Notes: generated from the sequence alone by a model not told the origin. A stretch of DNA of 64,000 bases from Clostridia bacterium (GCA_045589295.1 JAZNOU010000012.1:1-64000), one strand, 5' to 3'. Shown: positions 8,370-21,741, counted from the stretch's first letter. Numbers and translations are program-made.

Positions 8370-9476
8370 ATGAAGTTCAGATGTTTAAGAAATGATATTT
8401 TGTCTGCCATTCAAAAGGCTGAAAAAGCTGTGGCTGTTAATTCAACACTTCCTGTTATGGAAGGCCTTTTGATTGAAACAATTGGAAATGAAGTTTGCAT
8501 TACAGGTAACGATTTGGAAATTGCAATCGAAGCTTCATTTGAGGCAGAAATAACAGAGGGCGGAAAAATTGTTTTAAATGCAAGAATGTTTGGCGATATC
8601 GTAAGACGTTCAGGCGGAGAATTTATTGTTTTTGAATCTGATGAAAAATTTATTACAACTATTACATCAGGTCAGTCTGTTTTCCAAATTTCAGGTCTTA
8701 ATGCTGATGAATATCCTTCTTCTTTTGATATTGATGCAGATAAAAAAATTGTTATTGAATGTGAAAAATTAAAAGCAATGGTAAAGCAAACTCTTTTTGC
8801 TGTTGCAAAATCAGAGGCTAAGCCTATTTTAACCGGTGAACTTTTTTCTGTTAAAGACGGTGTTTTAAATATAGTAGCTTTAGACGGTTTCCGTCTTGCA
8901 ATAAGAAAAGAACCTGTTATTGAAGCTTTGGGTATTAAAGATTTTGTTGTTCCTTTTAAAACACTTAATGAACTTTTAAAAGTGCTGGGTGAAAACGGCG
9001 AAATTGAAATTTATCCTGCTGACAGATTTGTTATGTTTGAATTTGATAATTGCAGACTTATTTCAAGAATGCTTGAGGGTGAATACATAAATTATCAGAA
9101 GTTTATTCAGACACAAAGCCCTGTTAAATGCAAAGGACAAGTTAGAAAATTAAGAGATACATTTGAAAGAGTTTCTCCTATTATAAGCGGTCAGAAAGTT
9201 AAAAGTCCTGTTAAAATTAATATAAATGATGATAATATTGTTATTGACTGTGAAACTTTAACAGGTAAAGTTCACGATGAAACTGCAATTGAAAAACTTT
9301 ACGGAGAAAATCTTGAAATTGGTTTTACAAATCAATTCCTTTTGGATGTATTTAATTCATGTGATACAGAAGAAGTTTTTGTTGAATTTTCGACACCTCT
9401 TTCACCAATGGTTGTAACTCCTTTAGATGGTGACAGATTTTTCTACATTATTCTTCCTATAAGACTTAAAAAATAG
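8370..9476 (+). CDS. dnaN: DNA polymerase III beta clamp
   Basis: Directly after dnaA; ALDGFRLA, IGFTNQFLLD, YIILPIRL. Confidence 0.97.
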   Translation: MKFRCLRNDILSAIQKAEKAVAVNSTLPVMEGLLIETIGNEVCITGNDLEIAIEASFEAEITEGGKIVLNARMFGDIVRRSGGEFIVFESDEKFITTITSGQSVFQISGLNADEYPSSFDIDADKKIVIECEKLKAMVKQTLFAVAKSEAKPILTGELFSVKDGVLNIVALDGFRLAIRKEPVIEALGIKDFVVPFKTLNELLKVLGENGEIEIYPADRFVMFEFDNCRLISRMLEGEYINYQKFIQTQSPVKCKGQVRKLRDTFERVSPIISGQKVKSPVKININDDNIVIDCETLTGKVHDETAIEKLYGENLEIGFTNQFLLDVFNSCDTEEVFVEFSTPLSPMVVTPLDGDRFFYIILPIRLKK

Positions 9477-9484
9477 GTAATTTT

Positions 9485-9727
9485 ATGCTAATAAATATAG
9501 GCGGTAATATTCATCTTTTTAAAAAAGACATAGTTGGAATTTTCGATTTTGAAGAAATTACTTCCTCCGATGAGGGAAGGGAGTTTTTCCGTCAGCTTAA
9601 AAAAAGTCAAACTCTTGAAATTTGTGAAAAGGAAAAAATTCCGCAGTCGCTTATTTTGATAATAGATGAATTTAAGAAAGAAAGATACTATCTTTCTTCA
9701 GTAAGTGTTTCATCCTTAAGAAAATAA
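9485..9727 (+). CDS. RemB/YaaB-like (DUF370-related) small protein
   Basis: MLINIGGN...KKDIVGIFD...YYLSSVSVSSLRK; origin-cluster location. Confidence 0.7.
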   Translation: MLINIGGNIHLFKKDIVGIFDFEEITSSDEGREFFRQLKKSQTLEICEKEKIPQSLILIIDEFKKERYYLSSVSVSSLRK

Positions 9728-9745
9728 GGTAGCGGAGAAAAATAA

Positions 9746-10831
9746 ATGCAGGTTTTAAATTTAAAGCTTAAAGATTTCAGAAATTATGAAAATTTAGATC
9801 TTGATTTTGCTCCGGGTATTAATATGATTTACGGGCTTAACGGTCAGGGAAAAACAAATATTGTTGAAGCTATATACTTTTTTGCAGTTTTAAAAAGTCA
9901 TAGAGTTTTAAAGGATAAAGATTTAATAAATTATGATAAGGATTTTGCAAAAATAGAGCTAGATTTTTTAAATATTGAGAGAAATTTTAATGCTAAAATA
10001 AATATGTTTCCTGATAAAAACCGAGATGTTTTTGTAAATGATATAAAAATAAACAAAAATAGTGAGCTTATAGGTAAATTTAATGCAGTTTTATTTTCAC
10101 CTGAAGATTTTTCCTTAATAAAAGATGGTCCGGGTGAGAGAAGAAGATTTACAGATATTGCAATCTCTCAGGTTAAACCAAATTATTTTTTAAGGCTTAC
10201 AGAGTATAATAAAGTGTTAAAAATGAAAAACAAGGTTTTAAAAGAGGGTCTTTCCTATGCGGGAATGATTGATATTTATAATGAAAAGCTTGCAGAAATA
10301 GGCGCAGATATAATTTTTTACAGAAATAAATTTTTTGAGTTTTTAAAACCTGTTGCGCAAGATTTTCACAGAGGAATTGCCCTTAATCTTGATAAATTTG
10401 AAATAGATTATGAGTCATGCGTTAAAATTAATGATCGTAAAAAAATGAAACAGGATATTTACGATAAACTTGAAAGTTTGAAGTTAAAAGAACTTGATGA
10501 AAGATTTTGTATATTTGGAACTCATAGAGAAGATGTAACATTTTATATAAATGGGAAAAAAGTCAAAGAATTTGCATCTCAAGGACAGCAGAGAACTGTT
10601 ATTTTAATTTTAAAGCTTGCTCAGGCAGAATATATGAAAGAAATTACAGGTGAATATCCTGTGCTTTTGCTTGATGATATTTTATCAGAGCTTGACTCTA
10701 CAAGAAGAAAGTATTTTTTGAATGAAATAAAAGATAAACAAGTAATAATAACAGCTACTGATAAAGGAAGTTTTGGCAGAAGAAAAGATACAAAATTAAT
10801 TCATATTGATCAGGGAAAAGTGATTTTATAA
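9746..10831 (+). CDS. recF: DNA replication/repair protein RecF
   Basis: FRNY, GLNGQGKTN, GPGERRRF, SQGQQRT, LLLDDILSELD. Confidence 0.97.
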   Translation: MQVLNLKLKDFRNYENLDLDFAPGINMIYGLNGQGKTNIVEAIYFFAVLKSHRVLKDKDLINYDKDFAKIELDFLNIERNFNAKINMFPDKNRDVFVNDIKINKNSELIGKFNAVLFSPEDFSLIKDGPGERRRFTDIAISQVKPNYFLRLTEYNKVLKMKNKVLKEGLSYAGMIDIYNEKLAEIGADIIFYRNKFFEFLKPVAQDFHRGIALNLDKFEIDYESCVKINDRKKMKQDIYDKLESLKLKELDERFCIFGTHREDVTFYINGKKVKEFASQGQQRTVILILKLAQAEYMKEITGEYPVLLLDDILSELDSTRRKYFLNEIKDKQVIITATDKGSFGRRKDTKLIHIDQGKVIL

Positions 10832-10836
10832 TAAAT

Positions 10837-10852
10837 TGTTCCACGTGGAACG
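10837..10852. promoter_or_regulatory. parS site
   Basis: TGTTCCACGTGGAACG versus consensus TGTTNCACGTGAAACA. Confidence 0.85.
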
Positions 10853-10983
10853 CGCAAGAAAAACCGCTGTTATTTTCGCAGTTTTTCTTGCTTTTCAAAA
10901 TCAAATATTCATTTGATTTTTTATGACGGGTATTCTTGTGGGGGAATTATTAAATAGTAAAATTTTTTAAGATGTTTATATAA

Positions 10984-12927
<1,944 letters not shown>

Positions 12928-12951
12928 TCTGTATTTGAAAGGAGAACAAAA

Positions 12952-15471
12952 ATGAAAAATCAAAACACCGATACAAATTTTGTTGAACATTTACAGAATC
13001 AGAAAATCGTTGATGTTAACATAGAAAAAAGAATGAAAGAGGCTTTTATTGACTATTCAATGTCTGTAATTATCAGCCGTGCTCTTCCTGATGTAAGAGA
13101 TGGTTTAAAGCCTGTTCACAGAAGAATTTTATACTCAATGTACGAAGAGCATTTAACTGCCGACAAGCCATTTTTTAAATCTGCTACAACAGTTGGTAAT
13201 GTTATCGGTAGATACCATCCTCATGGTGATGCTTCTGTTTATGATGCTTTGGTTCGTATGGCACAGGACTTTTCTTTAAGATATCCTTTAATTGACGGCC
13301 ATGGTAACTTTGGTACAATCGATGGCGACCCGCCGGCTGCTTACCGTTATACCGAGGCAAGAATGAGCAAAATTTCAAATGAGCTTTTAGCTGATATTGA
13401 TAAAAATACCGTTGATTTTGTTCCAAACTTTGACGAAAAAAGAAAAGAACCTGTTGTACTTCCAACAAGAATACCTGTTCTTTTAGTTAATGGTTGTTCT
13501 GGTATTGCTGTTGGTATGGCTACAAATATTCCTTCTCACAACTTAAGAGAGGTTATTGATGCTGCTATAGCGCAGATTGACAATCCTGAAATTACTGTTG
13601 ATGAGCTTATGGAATATGTAAAAGGTCCTGATTTCCCTACACGCGCTACTATTATGGGCAGAAATGGCATAAGAAGCGCTTATGAAACAGGAAGAGGAAA
13701 AATTGTAATACGTGCTAAATGCGAAATTGTTGAATCTGGAAGAGATGACAGATATTCTATTATAATTTCTGAAATTCCTTATCAGGTAAATAAGTCTGCT
13801 TTAGTTAAATCCATTGCAGATTTGGTTAAAGACAAGCGTGTTGAAGGAATTGCAGATATTCGTGACCTTACTTCAGACCGCGTAGGTCTTAAAATTGTTA
13901 TTGACTTAAAGCGTGATGCAAATCCGCAGGTTGTTTTAAATCATCTTTATAAGTTTACACGTCTTCAGGACAGCTTTTCTATTAATATGCTTGCTATTGA
14001 AGACGGAAGACCAAAAGTACTTACTTTAAAAGAATATCTTAATAACTATATTAGATTCCAACAGGAAATTGTTACAAGAAGAACAGCTTTTGACCTTGAA
14101 AAAGCATTGGCAAGAATGCATATTTTAGAAGGTCTTAAAACTGCTATTGATAATATAGATGAAGTTATTGAAATAATCAGAAATTCTTATGATGATGCTA
14201 AAGAAAGACTTATGAATCGCTTCCAGTTTTCAGAAATTCAGGCACAGAGTGTACTTGATATGCGTCTTATCCAGCTTCAGCGTTTAAACGGCGAAAAAAT
14301 TGATGATGAATATAACGAGTTAAAAGCTAAAGCTGATGAATTTAGAGCAATTTTGTCAGACGAAGAAAAATTAAAAGAAACAATTAAGCTTGAACTTAAA
14401 GCAATTGCAGAAAAATACGGTGATGATAGAAGAACAAGCATTGAAGCTGCAATTGATGATGTTGACTTTGAAGATTTGATAGAGAGAGAAGAAGTTGTAA
14501 TTACACTTACCCACGTTGGTTACGTAAAACGTCTTACAACTGATACCTACAGAAGTCAAAGACGTGGTGGCAGAGGCGTTTCAGGGCTTTCAACAAGAGA
14601 AGAAGACTTTGTTGAAAATCTGTTTGTATGCAATACACACGATTATATTCTGTTCTTTACAACACTCGGAAGACTTTACAAATTAAAAGGCTATCAGATT
14701 CCTGAGGCAGGAAGAACTGCAAAAGGTACTGCAATTGTTAACCTTTTGCCTTTAATGGATGGCGAAAAAGTTACAACTGCTATTCCGATTTCATCATTTG
14801 AGGGCGATAACTACCTCACAATGATTACAAAACGCGGTTTAATTAAGAAAACTGCTTTAGAAGAATACAATACCAATAGAAAAGGCGGCGTTTATGCTAT
14901 TTCTCTCAATGAAGATGATGAACTTATAAACGTAAGTCTTACTGATGGAAATAATCAGGTATTTATTGTAACACGCGGCGGAAAATCTATCAGATTTAAC
15001 GAAACTGATGTTCGTCCTATGGGAAGACTTGCTCATGGTGTTAGAGCTATCAACTTAGCTGAGGATGATTATGTTATTGGCTCGGCTGTTATGGCAGACG
15101 GCAAAAACCTGTTGGTTGTTACCGAAAACGGACTTGGTAAAGTTACCGAAAGCTCAGAATATAAGGTACAAACACGTGGCGGTAAGGGTGTTAAGACCTA
15201 CAGGATTACTGAAAAATCAGGTTTGGTTGCAGGTGTTAAAGCAATTACTAATGATGATGACGTTATGCTTATAACCTCGAAAGGTATTGTAATCAGAACA
15301 GCTGTTTCAGGCATCAGCGTTATGGGTAGAGCAACTCAGGGTGTTATGTTAATGCGTGCGCAAGATGGTGAAAAGGTTGTATCTATCGCAATTTCTGCTC
15401 ATGAAGATGAAGAAGATTTAGTTGAAGAAACACTTACACCACCACAAGCAGAAATTAAAGGTGAAGAATAA
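12952..15471 (+). CDS. gyrA: DNA gyrase subunit A
   Basis: [29 protein letters not shown], GyrA box QRRGGRG. Confidence 0.98.
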   Translation: MKNQNTDTNFVEHLQNQKIVDVNIEKRMKEAFIDYSMSVIISRALPDVRDGLKPVHRRILYSMYEEHLTADKPFFKSATTVGNVIGRYHPHGDASVYDALVRMAQDFSLRYPLIDGHGNFGTIDGDPPAAYRYTEARMSKISNELLADIDKNTVDFVPNFDEKRKEPVVLPTRIPVLLVNGCSGIAVGMATNIPSHNLREVIDAAIAQIDNPEITVDELMEYVKGPDFPTRATIMGRNGIRSAYETGRGKIVIRAKCEIVESGRDDRYSIIISEIPYQVNKSALVKSIADLVKDKRVEGIADIRDLTSDRVGLKIVIDLKRDANPQVVLNHLYKFTRLQDSFSINMLAIEDGRPKVLTLKEYLNNYIRFQQEIVTRRTAFDLEKALARMHILEGLKTAIDNIDEVIEIIRNSYDDAKERLMNRFQFSEIQAQSVLDMRLIQLQRLNGEKIDDEYNELKAKADEFRAILSDEEKLKETIKLELKAIAEKYGDDRRTSIEAAIDDVDFEDLIEREEVVITLTHVGYVKRLTTDTYRSQRRGGRGVSGLSTREEDFVENLFVCNTHDYILFFTTLGRLYKLKGYQIPEAGRTAKGTAIVNLLPLMDGEKVTTAIPISSFEGDNYLTMITKRGLIKKTALEEYNTNRKGGVYAISLNEDDELINVSLTDGNNQVFIVTRGGKSIRFNETDVRPMGRLAHGVRAINLAEDDYVIGSAVMADGKNLLVVTENGLGKVTESSEYKVQTRGGKGVKTYRITEKSGLVAGVKAITNDDDVMLITSKGIVIRTAVSGISVMGRATQGVMLMRAQDGEKVVSIAISAHEDEEDLVEETLTPPQAEIKGEE

Positions 15472-16094
15472 TGTTAGGCTTTGAAAACGTTCCTAAAGGG
15501 AAAAGACTTAAATATTTTAAAGACTATTATTTAATTTCCACAGTTATACTTATTATTTGTATACTTATGGTTGTAAGTATTATAAGAGTTACTGTTTTTA
15601 AGGAAAGAGAAGACTTAAACATTATGGTTGCAGCGGCAAGTTCTGATTACAGTTATGAACACGGCGATGCCATAGCCGAAGCTATAAAGAATAATTATGA
15701 TGTTGATTATAACGGCAACGGAAATGAACTTGTTGTTATGAACGAGGCGATACTTGCATCTTCTGATATTACCGATTATAAGTCTGCAGAGCAGGATATG
15801 GCTTCAGGTATGAAACTTAATGCCATTATTGAGACATCTCTTTGTACGATACAGCTTGTTGATGAAAATATGTATAATTTTCTCTTAAAAGAAGAAATGA
15901 TTGAAACCTATGAAAACCTCGAAAAATACGGGCTTAGCGGTGAAGGATATATTAAAATTCCATTATCAGAAACAAAACTAGATTCCAAAATGCAAGATCC
16001 TCTGTTCCTTACAGTAAGACCGGAAGCCAGCTCAAAACTTAAAGAGGAAATATATAAAAGTCATATAGAATTGGTTAAACAAATCATTATGTAG
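15471..16094 (+). CDS. Hypothetical membrane-anchored protein
   Basis: 207-aa ORF coupled to the gyrA stop; one N-terminal TM segment. Confidence 0.75.
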   Translation: MLGFENVPKGKRLKYFKDYYLISTVILIICILMVVSIIRVTVFKEREDLNIMVAAASSDYSYEHGDAIAEAIKNNYDVDYNGNGNELVVMNEAILASSDITDYKSAEQDMASGMKLNAIIETSLCTIQLVDENMYNFLLKEEMIETYENLEKYGLSGEGYIKIPLSETKLDSKMQDPLFLTVRPEASSKLKEEIYKSHIELVKQIIM

Positions 16095-16104
16095 GAGGTA
16101 ATGT

Positions 16105-17091
16105 ATGAAAAAGATAGCATCTTTACTTATGTGCCTTATGCTTCTTTTGTGCTCATGCTCAAATAACAAAAATAATGAAGAAACAATAGCAATTGAAATT
16201 CCGTTCCAAAAAGTTGCTGCTTGTAACAACAGAGCAAAACTTTTAGAAAAGTACGGATCCATTACCGAAAGAACGGCTTCAAGAGAAAGCGAAAATGAAA
16301 ATTTTGGTTATTGGACAATTTATTATGAAAAAGACGGCGAAAATATTAATGCTATTTTAGACTATTCTGTTAATTATCAGTGTTTTTACTATAATAATGA
16401 GATATTTACACAATATGGCGATGGAATAACGAGAAAGGTTTTGACATATAGAGAGGATTATAATAAGATTATGACCAATCTAATGGCAAGAACTGATACA
16501 TTAAGCTACGTATTTATAATTGAGGACAGTGCAGAAATCGATACTAATGAAGAAGGTTTCATTGCACGCTATGAATTTATTGTAAATAATGATATTTTGT
16601 CAGAGCTTAAGGGGTTAGGTCTTGAAGCTGGCGACAGAGTACAGGTAGAATATGACCTTGATAGAGATTATATAATTAAAAGATGTCGTTATTACAAAAT
16701 TGATAATGGAAAAAGAAGTCAAATTGCAAGAATTGATGTAGTTTACGGCGAAAAGAAGAGTTTTCCTGGCGAAGTTGTGTTTGCAAATGATGAAAACAAA
16801 GAGTTTGTTGAAATAACTGTTATTGAGAATTTTGGTACAGGTTCACAATACAGCGAAACATTCAAGGTTGAAAAAGGCGGGTACATTGTTGAAAACGAAA
16901 GGTTGCTAAGATACTATTTGTTTAAGGACCCGATTTATCAGACCGAATTTAATGCAATGGAAGAAAGTGTTGATAAAAATACAGATATATTTATAATTGA
17001 TGTCGAGTACTCTGAACAAATTAGAGCACAGCAGGAATATATGGAACAACAGCTGCAAGAATATGAAAACCAGAAAAAAGAGCAAATGTAA
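16105..17091 (+). CDS. Hypothetical lipoprotein
   Basis: SD AGGAGG; signal peptide with lipobox LCSC. Confidence 0.75.
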   Translation: MKKIASLLMCLMLLLCSCSNNKNNEETIAIEIPFQKVAACNNRAKLLEKYGSITERTASRESENENFGYWTIYYEKDGENINAILDYSVNYQCFYYNNEIFTQYGDGITRKVLTYREDYNKIMTNLMARTDTLSYVFIIEDSAEIDTNEEGFIARYEFIVNNDILSELKGLGLEAGDRVQVEYDLDRDYIIKRCRYYKIDNGKRSQIARIDVVYGEKKSFPGEVVFANDENKEFVEITVIENFGTGSQYSETFKVEKGGYIVENERLLRYYLFKDPIYQTEFNAMEESVDKNTDIFIIDVEYSEQIRAQQEYMEQQLQEYENQKKEQM

Positions 17092-17100
17092 AATAATACA

Positions 17101-17143
17101 AACCAATAAAAAACCGCTTTTAAAAGCGGTTTTTTATTGGTTT
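17101..17143 (+). terminator. Intrinsic terminator of the gyr operon
   Basis: AAACCAATAAAAAACCGCTTT-TAAAAGCGGTTTTTTATTGGTTT palindrome. Confidence 0.75.
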
Positions 17144-17151
17144 AAATTAAA

Positions 17152-17167
17152 TGTTCCACGTAGAACA
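17152..17167. promoter_or_regulatory. parS site
   Basis: TGTTCCACGTAGAACA, near consensus. Confidence 0.8.
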
Positions 17168-17335
17168 TCTTTAAGCACCGTCAAAATTTTTGTTAAAATT
17201 ATTTGGTATTAGTTTAAAAAAAGAGGATGCAAAAGCATCCTCTTATATAAAAGCGTTTACGCTGTGTGTGAGTGCTAAAATTTATATTAAGGGTTTTTAT
17301 TCCCTGCTTTATTATATGAAATAAAGATTTATTTG

Positions 17336-19660
17336 TTACTTATAAATTTCAGCTGCTATTTTAACACCGCCTTGTGCATCTTTAGCATAAAAGTCTGCAC
17401 CGACCATTTGAGCGTAATCTTCAGTTAAAACTGCACCGCCAACCATTATTTTAATTTCAGGCACCTCGTTTTTTACAAGTTTAATGGTTTCTTCCATGCT
17501 TTTTACTGTTGTTGTCATTAGTGCACTTAATCCTAAAAGTTGTGCTTGGTGCTCTTTTACGGCTTTTAATACTTCTTCAGGTTCAACATCTTTGCCAAGG
17601 TCAATTATCTCATACCCGTAGTTTTGCATAAGCATCTTTACTATATTTTTACCAATATCGTGGATATCGCCTTTAACTGTGGCAAGTATTACTTTGCCTT
17701 TAGATGAATTTGATTTTTCTGATTTTAAAAGCTCAAAGCCTGTTTTTACTGCTTCGGCAGACGCCATAAGCTGCGGCAAAAACATTTCCCCTTTTTCAAA
17801 CTTTTCACCCACAATGTCAAGAGCAGGAATAAATTCGTTATCTATTATTTCCAAAGGAGTTTTTGTCTTTAAAAGCTCTTTTGTCTTGCTTTCTGCTTCT
17901 CCTTTAAGTCCGTTTATGATTATTTCCCTCATATTTAGATTGCTTTTTCCTGCAGGTTTTTGAGCTGTTTCATTTGAATAAGATGAAATATAGATTTCGG
18001 CATTTTTATCTTCGTTATTTAAAACTTTAAAAGCCGCTACTGTTTTTGAATACTCTTTAGAAAGTGGATTTAATATCGGCATATCAAGCCCTGCACCAAA
18101 AGCAGCTGCAAGAAAAGTTGCGTTTAAAACCTCTCTAGATGGCAGACCAAATGATACATTGCTTACACCTAAAACTGTTTTCACACCAAGATTTCTTTTA
18201 ACTAAAGTAATTGCTTTTAGAGTTTCCATTACTGCCTTTTGGTTGGTAGAAGCAGTTAAAACAAGGCAATCAATAAAAATGTCTGATTTATCAATGCCAT
18301 AAGATTTGGCTGTGTTTACAATTTTTTCTGCTATTTTATATCTGCCCTCTGCAGTTTCAGGAATTCCGTCTTCGTCAAGTGTTAATGCTACTACGGCTGC
18401 ACCATATTTTTTGACAATAGGGAAAATTTTCTCCATATTCTCTTTTTTGCCATTTACCGAGTTAATGATTGGTTTTCCTGCATAAACTCTTGCGGCTTTT
18501 TCTATTGCAGAAATATTGGCAGAGTCGATTTGAAGAGGAAGTGTTGTTACCGCTTGAAGTTTTTTAATAATTTGTTTTAAAACCTCTTCCTCGTCTATAT
18601 CGGGAAGTCCTGCATTTACATCTAAAATATCTGCTCCTGCATTTTGTTGAGCAACTGCCTCAGATACGATATAATCAAAATCTCTATTTTTAAGTGCCTC
18701 TTTTAATTTTGGCTTGCCTGTAGGGTTTATACGCTCTCCTATTATGGCGGTATTGTCTGTTAAGATAACCTCTGCCTGACCGCTTGTAATGGCACTGACC
18801 CTTTTTATTTCTCTTTTAACAGGTGTTTTGTCTTGCGTTAATTTTTTTACTTCCTTTATATGTTCAGGGGTTGTTCCGCAGCATCCTCCGATGATGGAAA
18901 CGCCCATATCTATCATTTTTTGTATTGCTTTTGCGTAATCAGCAGGAGTTACTTCAAACACTGTTTTTCCGTTTACAACCTTTGGAAGTCCTGCGTTTGG
19001 TTGTACAATTACGGGTTTAGTTGAAAACTCACATATTTTTTTAACTACGTCCAAAAGCTCATTAGGACCAAGTGAGCAGTTTACACCAACTGCATCTACG
19101 CCAAGGGCACAAAGTGTTATTGCTGCGTTTTCGGGGCTTGTACCCATAAAAGTTCTTTTATCTTCGCCAAAAGTCATAGTAGCTATAACGGGAAGTGTAC
19201 AATTTTCCTTTGCTGCAAGTATTGCAGCTTTTGTTTCTAAAATATCAGACATTGTTTCAATTAAAACTACATCTGCTCCTGCTTTTGCACCAGCTAAAAT
19301 CTGTTCTTTGTAAAGGTCATACGCTTCTTCAAAAGACAGCGTTCCGATTGGTTCTAAAACCTGACCTGTAGGGCCTAAATCAAGAGCAACAAGTTTTGCA
19401 CCTACTTTTTTGGCAATTTTCACCGCCTGTGTTACTACATCTTCAACTGTGGCATTGTTTCCAAGCTTTAAGCGGTTTGCACCAAATGTGTTAGTGGTTA
19501 TTATATCTGCACCTGCTTGTAAATACTCTTTGTGAATTTTTTCAACAATATCAGGGTGTGAAAAGTTTAAAAGCTCAGGTAATTCCCCTGCTGCCAGGCC
19601 GTATTTTTGAAGACTTGTGCCCATTGCACCATCAAAGATTATAAATTTTCCTTCAAACAT
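17336..19660 (-). CDS. metH: Cobalamin-dependent methionine synthase (Hcy-, pterin- and B12-binding domains; no reactivation domain)
   Basis: FDGAMGT, GVNCSLGP, GGCCGTTP, IGERINPTG, KGDIHDIGKNIV, SALMTTT. Confidence 0.9.
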   Translation of the reverse strand: MFEGKFIIFDGAMGTSLQKYGLAAGELPELLNFSHPDIVEKIHKEYLQAGADIITTNTFGANRLKLGNNATVEDVVTQAVKIAKKVGAKLVALDLGPTGQVLEPIGTLSFEEAYDLYKEQILAGAKAGADVVLIETMSDILETKAAILAAKENCTLPVIATMTFGEDKRTFMGTSPENAAITLCALGVDAVGVNCSLGPNELLDVVKKICEFSTKPVIVQPNAGLPKVVNGKTVFEVTPADYAKAIQKMIDMGVSIIGGCCGTTPEHIKEVKKLTQDKTPVKREIKRVSAITSGQAEVILTDNTAIIGERINPTGKPKLKEALKNRDFDYIVSEAVAQQNAGADILDVNAGLPDIDEEEVLKQIIKKLQAVTTLPLQIDSANISAIEKAARVYAGKPIINSVNGKKENMEKIFPIVKKYGAAVVALTLDEDGIPETAEGRYKIAEKIVNTAKSYGIDKSDIFIDCLVLTASTNQKAVMETLKAITLVKRNLGVKTVLGVSNVSFGLPSREVLNATFLAAAFGAGLDMPILNPLSKEYSKTVAAFKVLNNEDKNAEIYISSYSNETAQKPAGKSNLNMREIIINGLKGEAESKTKELLKTKTPLEIIDNEFIPALDIVGEKFEKGEMFLPQLMASAEAVKTGFELLKSEKSNSSKGKVILATVKGDIHDIGKNIVKMLMQNYGYEIIDLGKDVEPEEVLKAVKEHQAQLLGLSALMTTTVKSMEETIKLVKNEVPEIKIMVGGAVLTEDYAQMVGADFYAKDAQGGVKIAAEIYK

Positions 19661-20313
19661 TTTATCTGCTCCTTTTTGCTTTTACACTTATCTTTTAAAT
19701 TGCAGGTTTCACAGCCTGTTTTTTTGAATTTTTGTTCATCTTTAAAAAGACCGACTATGGCGGTTATGCTTTTTCTTGGCACTAAAATGTTACTTTCTGT
19801 AACAGTAAGCCCTATTCGTTTACCAAGAGAAAGGCAAGAAATAATATCTTGCTGAGTTTCAAGCGGTAAATCCCCGTATCCAGGACTAAATCTTGAACTT
19901 ATAAAAAGACCTTCTGCCTTTGCTTTTTCCTCGATTTTTTGCTGAATTTCGTCTGCAACAGTTTCTACAAACGCGTCAAAGACCGCGTCTGATATAACTG
20001 TGCTTACCATATCGGTATGCTGATACTTTAAAATGGTACGTTCTGCCTCAATTCCTAATGTTACCGCCATTACTGCTACTTTTTCAGCACCATTTAAATG
20101 ATTTAAAATGCTTTTTCCTCTTAAAACCAGGGAAGTTTCTTTTAAATATATAACATCTTCAAATTCAGGCTCAAAAATTTCAAAAAAAGCTTTTGGTTTT
20201 AAAGTTTTTTTTGCATCGGCAACTAAAAAGTCAATCTTTTGGTCAAGCTCAGCAGAAATTTTTTGATTTTTATAACCTAAATATCTTAAAACTTCGTTTT
20301 TATCAATTTTCAT
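19639..20313 (-). CDS. Methionine synthase reactivation-domain protein
   Basis: EVLRYLGY, RFSPGYGDLPL, PRKSITA, C-terminal CETC..C. Confidence 0.85.
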   Translation of the reverse strand: MKIDKNEVLRYLGYKNQKISAELDQKIDFLVADAKKTLKPKAFFEIFEPEFEDVIYLKETSLVLRGKSILNHLNGAEKVAVMAVTLGIEAERTILKYQHTDMVSTVISDAVFDAFVETVADEIQQKIEEKAKAEGLFISSRFSPGYGDLPLETQQDIISCLSLGKRIGLTVTESNILVPRKSITAIVGLFKDEQKFKKTGCETCNLKDKCKSKKEQIKCLKENL

Positions 20314-20314
20314 A

Positions 20315-21160
20315 TTATTTCAGACCGTTAATAATGGTTGTTGCGATTGCAGGTTTGTTCATTGTGTAAATATGAACGCCGTCTACACCGCCGTCCAAAA
20401 GCCCTCTTATTTGGGTCAGGGCCTCGTAAATGCCTGCTTTTTCAAGGTCTTCAGGGCTATGTTCATATTTATTCAAAATTCTTATTATGTGCGCGGGCAA
20501 ACTTGCTCCGCACATAAAAATCATTCTTGTAATCTGCGATTTGCTTAAAATGGGCATAACACCTGCCTCAATCGGTTTTGTAACACCCTTTTTTCTTGCT
20601 TTTTCAATAAATTTGAAAAACACATTGTTATCAAAAAAAAGTTGGGACAAGAAAAAGTCGGCACCCAAAGTCTGTTTTTCGTACATATGATTTAAGTCAT
20701 CTTCTAAGCTTTGGCAGGCGACATGGCCTTCGGGGTAACACGCACCGCCTACACAAAAATCATTTTCTTTCAAAACCGGAATCAAGTCTGTGGCATATTT
20801 AAAATCGTGTGCTTTAGAACCTTCTACAATGTCCCCTCTTAAAGCAAGAACATTCTCTATATTGTTTTGTTTAAGCGTGTCTAAAGTTTTTAAAACGTCA
20901 GCCTTTGTGGAATTTATACAGGTTAAGTGCGAAACTGCCTCAACACAGTAGTCATTTTTTATCATGGAACAAAGCTCGGCTGTTTTAAAGCTGTTTCCAG
21001 TGCCCCCGGCAGAATAGGTAACGCTTATAAAGGCGGGGTTTAAGTCTTTAAGCTCTTTTACTGTGTCTTTAACTGTGTCAAAAGACAAGTCCCCTTTCGG
21101 CGGAAAAATCTCAAACGATTTAGGTTGTTTTACATTCTGATATATTTCTGAAATTTTCAT
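20315..21160 (-). CDS. metF: 5,10-methylenetetrahydrofolate reductase
   Basis: SFEIFPPK, SVTYSAGG, HLTC, LALRGD, YPEGH, SQLFFD, HIYTMN. Confidence 0.93.
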   Translation of the reverse strand: MKISEIYQNVKQPKSFEIFPPKGDLSFDTVKDTVKELKDLNPAFISVTYSAGGTGNSFKTAELCSMIKNDYCVEAVSHLTCINSTKADVLKTLDTLKQNNIENVLALRGDIVEGSKAHDFKYATDLIPVLKENDFCVGGACYPEGHVACQSLEDDLNHMYEKQTLGADFFLSQLFFDNNVFFKFIEKARKKGVTKPIEAGVMPILSKSQITRMIFMCGASLPAHIIRILNKYEHSPEDLEKAGIYEALTQIRGLLDGGVDGVHIYTMNKPAIATTIINGLK

Positions 21161-21226
21161 ATATCCCACTCCAATCGTTATTATTTTATCACACTAAAGC
21201 GGGTTTGTAAAGGAAATAAAAGGCAT

Positions 21227-21280
21227 AAAAAAATTCGGAATGAACCGAAGTCCATTCCGACGTGGTGCAGGTGGTGGGAA
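21227..21280 (-). repeat. 54-bp duplicate of the tRNA-Leu 3' end plus trailer hairpin
   Basis: Identical to 21533-21586; offset 306 bp. Confidence 0.9.
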
Positions 21281-21568
21281 GTAACTCGCTTCGCGATTTA
21301 CCCTGCTTGGCGACCGAAAGCTACCGCTTTCAGTACCCGCCTGCACACCATTTTGCGAAAAACTTGCCTTTTGGCAACTTTTTACTCCGCAAAATGCCCT
21401 CTCAGGGTTCGATTCCATTTGTTTTATACACATGAAAAAGCACACGCGACCAACCCCAACCGCAAAAAATTGTTAGCGAAGCGATGTTTTTGCGGAAAAG
21501 GAGGAATGACGGAGCATTTGACGGATTTTTGCAAAAAAATTCGGAATGAACCGAAGTCCATTCCGACG

Positions 21569-21655
21569 TGGTGCAGGTGGTGGGAATCGAACCCACACGG
21601 TATCACTACCACAGGATTTTGAGTCCAGCGCGTCTGCCAGTTCCACCACACCTGC
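21569..21655 (-). tRNA. tRNA-Leu (CAA)
   Basis: GCAGGTG...TGGCAGAC...CTCAAAA loop, long variable arm, GGTTCGATTCC, encoded CCA. Confidence 0.95.
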
Positions 21656-21741
21656 ATATTATCAGCAAGTGGTATTATACCATAGGTTTTGACCTGTGTC
21701 AATCATTTTGAAAAATTTTTTAAAAAATTTCGCAATACCTA

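Noticed and set aside
17336-20313. Split metH as a pseudogene or novelty
   Set aside because: A separate reactivation-domain gene is a known arrangement in Clostridia, and both frames are intact.
21161-21230. SAM riboswitch or T-box upstream of metF-metH
   Set aside because: Leader too short and no S-box or T-box motifs seen.
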